Shown here: in pieces, positions 57,246 to 64,000 of the stretch
Position numbering within the stretch: position 1 is the stretch's first letter
How the letters are laid out: each line of letters starts with the position of its first letter
DNA from: a virus
Lineage: Duplodnaviria; Caudoviricetes
Reading direction: 5' to 3' (one strand)
Length of the DNA: 64,000 nucleotides
Virus record (IMG/VR): IMGVR_UViG_3300037631_006232
Coordinates: 83,117-147,116 of that record
Made by a program: the position numbers and the translations under genes
Notes under the pieces: generated by a model
The model's database searches: none
What the model saw: the letters and a program-made list of their open reading frames with translations, nothing else
Told to the model about the DNA's origin: nothing

Positions 57246-58205
57246 ATGGTTATTGAGGAATTAAGAATACTAGCATCTAGAGCTAGTGAAATAAAAGAAT
57301 ACATAGAGTCTGAAGAGGGAAGTAAAACATCCCTAGTCCTACCGATGCTAGGAATCCTAGGCTATGATGTTTTTAATCCCAAACATCTTATGGCAGAATT
57401 AACTGCAGATGTGGGTATAAAACGAGGCGAAAAAGTAGATTACGCTTTAATGTCCTCAGGAAAACCAAAGCTTATTATAGAATGTAAGAAAATAGAAGAC
57501 AAATTAGAAGAATCTAGTGTCAGCCAATTATTTAGGTACTTTACAGCCCTTAGGGTAAAGTTCGGAGTATTAACTAATGGCGTAGTTTACAAGTTTTACA
57601 GCGACTTAGAATCCCCCAATATAATGGATTCTACCCCCTTCTTTCAGTTCAACCTAACTAGCTTTACCCATGAGGATTTGGAATTCTTAAGCAAATTTAA
57701 AAAAGGTAGTTTAGTAGGCCAGATGAAGAGCTTGATTAAAGAGTGTAAAAAAAGAAAGCTAGTATCTATGATAAGGCACTCTGTTAGAAGTACTTTAGAT
57801 TGTGAAAGTGCGTTTATAGAAGCGCTAAAAAAAGAAATAGAAGGCACTAGCCTTAAATCAGTATCAAGAAAAGAGTTAGTAAACGTAACTACTAAGATAG
57901 TTCTAGAAGAAAGCCTAAGAGTAGTAGAAACTAGCTTACTGCCTAGTACCTTATTAGTTAAAATAAAAGCAATATTAAAAGTAGTACTAGGACCAAGTAA
58001 AGAAGCTAAAATTACTTATAGATTAACACCCAGCTCTGTGTATGCAACTAATGATTCTGAGTTCTGTTTATTTAGGGTCTTTTCTACTGGCTTAGATCTA
58101 AAAATTAGTTTTACTAATAAGCAAACTTCAAAACAATTACGGGTAGTAGAAGATTTAACACTATACACTTCTGAAATAAAGGACATTATTGATGAGAATC
58201 TATAA
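57246..58205 (+). CDS. HsdR N-terminal-like PD-(D/E)xK nuclease domain protein
   Basis: EEG.KTSL.LP....LGYD.FNP, KVDYAL, IIECK, QLFRYF, LTNG..Y.FY.DL; start 57246 avoids overlap with thyX. Confidence 0.8.
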   Translation: MVIEELRILASRASEIKEYIESEEGSKTSLVLPMLGILGYDVFNPKHLMAELTADVGIKRGEKVDYALMSSGKPKLIIECKKIEDKLEESSVSQLFRYFTALRVKFGVLTNGVVYKFYSDLESPNIMDSTPFFQFNLTSFTHEDLEFLSKFKKGSLVGQMKSLIKECKKRKLVSMIRHSVRSTLDCESAFIEALKKEIEGTSLKSVSRKELVNVTTKIVLEESLRVVETSLLPSTLLVKIKAILKVVLGPSKEAKITYRLTPSSVYATNDSEFCLFRVFSTGLDLKISFTNKQTSKQLRVVEDLTLYTSEIKDIIDENL

Positions 58206-59091
58206 TAAAAGGCACCTAACTAAACTTAGCCAAACTATTTCGGAGTCAGACTTATTCTCAGAAGAGCACAGCAATACTAAAATACCAAGGTGGTTTAGAG
58301 AGAGGAAGATGCAAGAAGCCCTAGTTAAGGACATGGGGTTCGAGGAAGGAGAAGAGCCTACCTTCTTAAAGAATATAGATCCCAACCTAAGAGGAACTAA
58401 TGCTTATTACAATCCTTACGACCACTCTATAAACTATGATACGGGCGAATGGACTCCCGGAGTTTTAGCACATGAAGTAGGGCATTCCACAATGGACATT
58501 AGCCCGCTATCTAAGGCTTTTAATATGGGATCTGATTTAGCAGCTTTTTCCGCGTTACCTCTAGCCATTGCTTCGGATAAGATAACTACTAATAAGCTAG
58601 CACCTACTTTACTAGAAGGATTAGTTGCTTCAGGAGGCGCTAAAAATAAACTAAAGCTTTTAAAGGCAGGGTTAAAAGGCAGAGGAGCTAAATGGGCTTT
58701 GGGAGCAGCTGCACTAGGTAGTTTAGGAACTTTAGCAGAAGAAGCTAGGGCGTCTATTTTAGGAAGTAAAGCAATAGATACTTTAGAGGAACAAGGAATA
58801 CTAGATGAAGAACAAAAAGAATTAGCTAACAAGTCTATGAGGAATGCGTACAGTACCTACCTAACTGGAGCTGTACCTGCGTTAGCGTCAGGCGTAGGTC
58901 TGAAGTACTTAGCATCTTCTTTGATCCCTAAAAAATATAAAATGCCTATTGCTGCAGGACTGGGAGGGCTAGGTGTATATGGTACTTTAGCAGGGCATGG
59001 GCTTTTAAACGCTATTTACAAACCAGAGAGTTATATACCTAAAGAATTAATGCATAGACAATTACATAAAGGAGAACATAAGCATGAATAA
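58189..59091 (+). CDS. putative Zn metallopeptidase with Gly-zipper membrane helices
   Basis: NAYY, LAHEVGH (HExxH), downstream EEARAS; KLS near N-terminus. Confidence 0.65.
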   Translation: MMRIYNKRHLTKLSQTISESDLFSEEHSNTKIPRWFRERKMQEALVKDMGFEEGEEPTFLKNIDPNLRGTNAYYNPYDHSINYDTGEWTPGVLAHEVGHSTMDISPLSKAFNMGSDLAAFSALPLAIASDKITTNKLAPTLLEGLVASGGAKNKLKLLKAGLKGRGAKWALGAAALGSLGTLAEEARASILGSKAIDTLEEQGILDEEQKELANKSMRNAYSTYLTGAVPALASGVGLKYLASSLIPKKYKMPIAAGLGGLGVYGTLAGHGLLNAIYKPESYIPKELMHRQLHKGEHKHE

Positions 59092-59494
59092 TTTACTTCT
59101 AGATTTAACTAGCACAGTAGTAACTAGCTTTATTAAAACAGCAGAGAGGGGTGACTGTGGTTGTGGGTGCAGCTCTTATGAAAGCCCTAAAGTAGCTAAT
59201 CTAGGAGAGTTAGCAGCAGCTATGCTCTTAGATAAAGAAGCAGGGGTAAAAAAGAAGTACCAAGCTAGAGATGGGGGTTTGAATCGAAAAGGTAGGGCTC
59301 ATTTTAAAAGAACAGAAGGGGCCAACCTAAAAAGACCTGTCTCTAAGAAGCAAGCTAAAAAATCTCCTAAGTCAGCAAAAAGAAGAAAAAGTTTCTGTGC
59401 TAGAATGGGGGGTATGAAGAAGAAACATAATATAGACTGTTCAAAAACCCCCGATAAGAGTATTTGCAAAGCGCTTAGAAAGTGGGATTGTTAA
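59084..59494 (+). CDS. DUF6321-like basic phage protein with KxA motifs
   Basis: GGLNRKGR...NLKRPV...RRKSFCARM...KALRKWDC. Confidence 0.65.
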   Translation: MNNLLLDLTSTVVTSFIKTAERGDCGCGCSSYESPKVANLGELAAAMLLDKEAGVKKKYQARDGGLNRKGRAHFKRTEGANLKRPVSKKQAKKSPKSAKRRKSFCARMGGMKKKHNIDCSKTPDKSICKALRKWDC

Positions 59495-62400
59495 ATGAAA
59501 TTTGCTCCTCAATTTGAAAAGTATAGAGATAGAGAACTACAGGTACTGGAAGTAAACTATGACGGTATAAAAATAGGCCTACCTCCGGAAGACTTAAGTC
59601 ATGTAACAACTATGGAGCTGGATGAAGTTGAGGAGACCGTAACAGAATCTAAACTGCCTAAAAGTATTTTGAAAGTAGCTGATAAGGCTCCTTTGAAGCT
59701 ATTTACGGCCACTGCTAATAAGTACGGACTAGATACTTTGGAAGAAGAAGCTCAGCTTGTTTCAGAAGATTGGAATACCATAGCGTTTTACTACAAAGAC
59801 AAGTTTAAGAGAAGACGGCCTTATGAAATCCTTAAAGAGCACGATAAAGAGTTTCCAATAAACAGGACTAGTTCTTCAGAATCTCCCAGTTACCCTTCAG
59901 GCCATTCTATGATGGGATACGGGCTAGCTGAGTTTTACAAAGAAAAGTATCCGTATCTGGCAGATGAATGGGATAATATAGCCGACATCATAGCACATAG
60001 TAGACTACAGCTAGGAGTACATTTTCCTAGTGACAATAAAGCTAGCAAAAGCATAGTAGATCAAGTAACAGAGATGTCTAAGACTGCTAGCTTATATACG
60101 GAGGCTGTCGAAGCTATTAAAAAAATAAAAGTGCCTAAGCCTGAAATACCTAATGTAAATAAAACTATTAATGCTAGTATGAGCGCTTTAGAAGAAGGGT
60201 TAAGAAAACTAAAGTTTACAGATATGGCGGACTCTGTGAAAAAGCGTAGGGCTAGTAGAGTTTTACAAAAGGCTATAGAAGATAGTAAGAAGTACAACAT
60301 AACCTCCGGAGCAGATCCTTTAGCTAGAATAGTCCTACCAAGAGAAGAGCTAACTTTAAAAGATTTAAAGAGCATAGGCTTTTTACCCTCTAATATAGCA
60401 GTTCCCGAAGTAGGGCAATCTGCTTGGACTTCTTTTAGACACCCTCTACATAACACCCATGTTCATCAACACAAAGACCTATTAACTTTACACGTAGATG
60501 ACGCCGCCTCTACTAGTATGGCTACCGTATTAAATTCCTTAGAAGATAGCGAAATTAAAGAATTACTCCCTTATGTACCTCAGGGTATAAAAATAAATAA
60601 AAAGTCATTAGCAAAAAGCTATATAGGAAAAAATCTAAGCGCTTTGTCTGAAGGATTAAAACATTCCGTTATGGAAGGCACCCCCGGATACTTAGGATAC
60701 TTTGGTAGGGTGCTAACCCCAGGAAGTAAGGGCTTATCCGAGGCTGTATTAGACAAACTGCCAGAGGATTACTTAAAGAAGACTTATGGGTATACTAGAA
60801 AAACAGCCTCAGAGCGACTTAGAACAACTATATTTGGGGTAGACCCCGAAGGTAAGCTTCTACACGGTTTCGGAGGTCAAGGCTTTTATAAGTTCCCAGG
60901 TGGGGGTGTAGACGCAGGGGAATCTATTACCGATGCAGCTAAACGAGAGCTTCTAGAAGAAGCAGGGTACGACGTAGAGTCTATAGAAGAGTTACCCGGG
61001 TTAGATACCGTGGACGCTGTGTCCTCAGGAAGCGCTAAAGGTCACATGGGGCACGGATCTAGTAGAACTAAATACCTACTAGCTAGGTTAGGTAAACGTA
61101 ACCAATCCCTCTTAGGTTCTGAAGGTGATGCTATAGCCAATCTACAAACAGCACCTTTGCAAGAAGTATTAGAAGGTTTAGAAGGAGATATAATATTTGG
61201 TAGCGGTATAGCCGAGAGTAACTATACGGCTTTAAGTAAGGTAAGAGAGCTACTTAGTAAACAAGCCTCTGAGAATACAGAACATGTACTAGTAACAGGG
61301 CACTCCGGAGCAGGAAAATCTACTTATGCAAAGCAGTTAGCTGCGGAGTTGGGACTTCCGGTACATGATTTAGATGAACCTACTTTTAAGTACATAGATT
61401 CGGGGAAGTATAAGTATAAAAATATTGGATGGCCTATAGGATTATCAGAGAGAGTAGTATCAGAAGCTTTAGAAATGAAAGACCCTCATGTAATAGAAGG
61501 TACGCAGCTACATTACGTACCTAAAATGACGGAAGGGTATAGACGCTTACTGGTAGATGTACCCGAAGACCGTGTAATAGAACAAAGAGCTAACAGAGAG
61601 TATCTTAAAAGAAAGATGTCAGGCAGAGAGCCTAACGAACTAGCTAAACATAGGTTAGCAGCTAAAGCTCTTCTTAAATACTACAGAGATTCTGTAAACA
61701 GGTATAAAGAACTACCTGGTGTAGAGCTAGTCACTCCCGAGATTAAAGAACAGTATTTAAAAAAAAACGCCAATGACCTCAGCGTACTAACGGCGGTGCC
61801 TAAGCAGAACTTAGACCTAATCATGCGCAAGGGGTTAGCCTCACAGAAGGCAATATCCGAGGACCCTGAAATGACAGAGGCCTTTCTAAGACACAGAGAT
61901 CTTAAAGAAGAGGATTGGCGTAAAGAACTATCTGAAGCGTTAAAAGGACACAAGCCTGCTAGTAGGCTAGGACCTTCTGTATTCTTCTCGGAACCTGACC
62001 CCGACAAGGTATCAGATCCTAGGCACTTTATTAACCAGTTTGATACTACAAAGCTACGTGTAAACCTAGGTAAGCTTCTAAAAGACATACCTGAGACTAA
62101 ATTCCATGGAGTAGAGCTAGAGCCCTTCAATGAAGAGGCCTATGAGGCTGATAAGGATAACTACTATAAGAGAAGACATAGGGATCTAACTACAGACGAA
62201 ATATCGTCGCTAATAGCCAAAGACCCTAAGGAGTTATGGCAGCATTACAAAGAGGAGTACTTAGGTAAACTATATGCAGGCGATGTCCCTCATGGGATGG
62301 TAATCACCCCAAGCGGCATCATCCCGCCTGAGTACCTAGAACAAGTAGAGAAGACCTCTTCAATAGACCTTCTAACAGGCCGTATGGGAGCAGGTAAGTC

Positions 62401-64000
62401 TACTCTTCTTAATAAGATAAGAGACCAGTACGACATAGTAGAGGGCACTGATTTAGGCTCTGTTGTAGATGGTAAGTTTGTAGAGCCTGCTAGTGAGGAT
62501 AAACCACGGTTACGTCAAGAAAAAGCGGATAGGTTACTAGCCGCACACCAAGCAGGCAAGCGGGTGCTAATGGAGGGCTATCCCCCAGGCTTATTCCGTA
62601 TCCCTGGAATGGTAGAAGCCGCAGATAGAGCTGTTATACTAGAACCAGACTTAATACAAAGACTTACCCAAATAGGTAACCGAAGCAAAGAGCGAGGCAC
62701 TTCTGTAGAAGAGGACATTCGCTACGCGGTTAGTCCAGAACACTCTAGTAAAGAACAGAAGTACCTAGATATGCTCAGCGAGGCCATAGGAGGTACTCAC
62801 GTAGCCCCTACTAGCCAAGATGCCGAGGCTTACTTACTAGGTAAGCAAGTAGAGAAGACCTCAGAAGCAAAGCCCGACCTAAATAATTTTATTAAGTATA
62901 TTGAGGAAGAAGCCAGGAAAAGAGGTGTAAAAGACATGCACGTTGTTATGTCTCATCCTGACCACCCACTTGGGGGAGGTAGTGCTCACTACACAACAGA
63001 CCTAGATAAAGATAGCAAATCTGCTTTACTAGTGAAGGCTCTAAGAGGCAAGATGCGGGAGTGGGAGCAGCAGCAGGGCTTAGATCCAGACCACGATTGG
63101 GATAAGACCTCCAGCGCCAAAGAGCAACTAAAACACATCTTGGTTACTGGTCACTCTGGTGCAGGCAAAACTACCTATGCACGTCAGTTAGCTGAGCAGC
63201 TAGGTATTCCATTACACAGACTTGATGTAACTACAGGGCCTATTATGGAATCTGAGTATCCAGAATACTGGGACAAAGGAACACTTGGGTACCCAGAAGA
63301 CGTATCTACTAGAGTAATTCAACAAGCTCTAAGTCTAGACAAGCCTCATGTAATAGAAGGTAGCCATATACTAGAGTTACCCGAACTAACTGAGGGGTAT
63401 AAACGTATTCTGATAGATACTCCCGAAGATAGAGTAATAGAACAAAGAGCTCAACGGGAATATCGTAACCGGGAACGAAAAGGTAAGCCTTATAGACCTA
63501 TAGAAAAACACAGAGAAGCTGCTAAGGAACTAGCTAACCATTACAGAGACATAGTTAATAACTTCCGCAACCAACCCGGCGTAGAGAGCATTGTTCCTGA
63601 GGTTAAGACCTCAGAAGCAAAGCGTCTATACCACGGCTCGCCCTTAGATCTAGAAGAATTAGAACTAAGAGTACCTCCACATCATACAGGTAAAGAGGAA
63701 GCTGGAGAAGCTGGTGTATATGCGGCGGATAATCCTATAGCCGCAGCTCTGTATGCTTTAGCTAGAAACAAGTCTAGAGGATCTTGGGGAGTAACTAAAG
63801 ATAACCGCTTAGTTATGAAAGATTATAAAGAACTAAACCCTGAGGGCTATGTATACGAGCTAGATTCTAAGGATTACACTGCACCTCCCGAAGACCACCC
63901 TGCTTTAGGGTACACTGTCAGAGATCCTAGCATTATGAGTAAACGTAAAATAACAGCGGAGGATTTCGCTGACTATATAGACAAGGTTCAAACCAAAGAG
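59495..64000 (+). CDS. multi-domain polyprotein, 3' end beyond window: PAP2 phosphatase, His-rich unknown, Nudix, P-loop kinase, ART-like, P-loop kinase, unknown, P-loop kinase, ART-like
   Basis: hand-translated open frame of 1502 codons from the ATG directly after the previous stop; motifs KDKFKRRRP/SYPSGH/SRLQLGVHFPSD, GGVDAGESITDAAKRELLEEAG, GHSGAGKST, GRMGAGKST, GHSGAGKTT, LYHGS. Confidence 0.88.
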   Translation, partial: MKFAPQFEKYRDRELQVLEVNYDGIKIGLPPEDLSHVTTMELDEVEETVTESKLPKSILKVADKAPLKLFTATANKYGLDTLEEEAQLVSEDWNTIAFYYKDKFKRRRPYEILKEHDKEFPINRTSSSESPSYPSGHSMMGYGLAEFYKEKYPYLADEWDNIADIIAHSRLQLGVHFPSDNKASKSIVDQVTEMSKTASLYTEAVEAIKKIKVPKPEIPNVNKTINASMSALEEGLRKLKFTDMADSVKKRRASRVLQKAIEDSKKYNITSGADPLARIVLPREELTLKDLKSIGFLPSNIAVPEVGQSAWTSFRHPLHNTHVHQHKDLLTLHVDDAASTSMATVLNSLEDSEIKELLPYVPQGIKINKKSLAKSYIGKNLSALSEGLKHSVMEGTPGYLGYFGRVLTPGSKGLSEAVLDKLPEDYLKKTYGYTRKTASERLRTTIFGVDPEGKLLHGFGGQGFYKFPGGGVDAGESITDAAKRELLEEAGYDVESIEELPGLDTVDAVSSGSAKGHMGHGSSRTKYLLARLGKRNQSLLGSEGDAIANLQTAPLQEVLEGLEGDIIFGSGIAESNYTALSKVRELLSKQASENTEHVLVTGHSGAGKSTYAKQLAAELGLPVHDLDEPTFKYIDSGKYKYKNIGWPIGLSERVVSEALEMKDPHVIEGTQLHYVPKMTEGYRRLLVDVPEDRVIEQRANREYLKRKMSGREPNELAKHRLAAKALLKYYRDSVNRYKELPGVELVTPEIKEQYLKKNANDLSVLTAVPKQNLDLIMRKGLASQKAISEDPEMTEAFLRHRDLKEEDWRKELSEALKGHKPASRLGPSVFFSEPDPDKVSDPRHFINQFDTTKLRVNLGKLLKDIPETKFHGVELEPFNEEAYEADKDNYYKRRHRDLTTDEISSLIAKDPKELWQHYKEEYLGKLYAGDVPHGMVITPSGIIPPEYLEQVEKTSSIDLLTGRMGAGKSTLLNKIRDQYDIVEGTDLGSVVDGKFVEPASEDKPRLRQEKADRLLAAHQAGKRVLMEGYPPGLFRIPGMVEAADRAVILEPDLIQRLTQIGNRSKERGTSVEEDIRYAVSPEHSSKEQKYLDMLSEAIGGTHVAPTSQDAEAYLLGKQVEKTSEAKPDLNNFIKYIEEEARKRGVKDMHVVMSHPDHPLGGGSAHYTTDLDKDSKSALLVKALRGKMREWEQQQGLDPDHDWDKTSSAKEQLKHILVTGHSGAGKTTYARQLAEQLGIPLHRLDVTTGPIMESEYPEYWDKGTLGYPEDVSTRVIQQALSLDKPHVIEGSHILELPELTEGYKRILIDTPEDRVIEQRAQREYRNRERKGKPYRPIEKHREAAKELANHYRDIVNNFRNQPGVESIVPEVKTSEAKRLYHGSPLDLEELELRVPPHHTGKEEAGEAGVYAADNPIAAALYALARNKSRGSWGVTKDNRLVMKDYKELNPEGYVYELDSKDYTAPPEDHPALGYTVRDPSIMSKRKITAEDFADYIDKVQTKE

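Noticed and set aside
59672-59680. KVA at residue 60 of the polyprotein as a domain boundary
   Set aside because: It falls within the PAP2 N-terminal region and is probably a chance match, showing that the 3-residue motif alone is not diagnostic.
1-64000. TAG stop-codon reassignment
   Set aside because: Recognised genes are full length in the standard code, several end in TAG just before the next RBS, and no suppressor tRNA is seen.

Overview
This window is a 64-kb segment of a large tailed (myovirus-like, probably jumbo) bacteriophage genome using the standard genetic code. (1) 1-19.3 kb, + strand: virion module with major capsid protein, fibre-like proteins, neck, tail sheath, tail tube and baseplate. 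(2) 19.3-21.3 kb, - strand: island with three tRNAs (Ile2/Met-CAT, Arg-TCT, Arg-CCT). (3) 21.3-35.7 kb: + strand genes interrupted by 14 small - strand gene cassettes. Each has a conserved promoter-like motif (CRCAAA-N17/18-CATAAGTA) and a terminator-like end (usually a hairpin, then T-run and AGCT). PhoH and a class III nucleotide cyclase with a 2-TM partner also lie here. (4) 35.7-44.1 kb: - strand operon including UvsE, HTH proteins and a SleB-like hydrolase. (5) 44.1-45.1 kb: non-coding AT-rich switch region with a composite inverted repeat. (6) 45.1-64 kb: + strand Gly/Ala-rich proteins, interleaved with dCMP deaminase, class II RNR, ThyX, an M15 peptidase and an HsdR-N-like nuclease. The most striking signal is missing from the ORF track: an ORF from 59495 that runs off the window (>=1502 codons). 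It strings nine domains (PAP2 phosphatase, Nudix, three P-loop kinases, two ADP-ribosyltransferase-like, two unknown), each separated by a K-x-(A/S) motif. The same motif ends a leader in about a dozen other + strand proteins and occurs near the capsid N-terminus, suggesting a protease-processed, capsid-packaged cargo/polyprotein system. All family calls come from motif recognition by eye; no searches were run.
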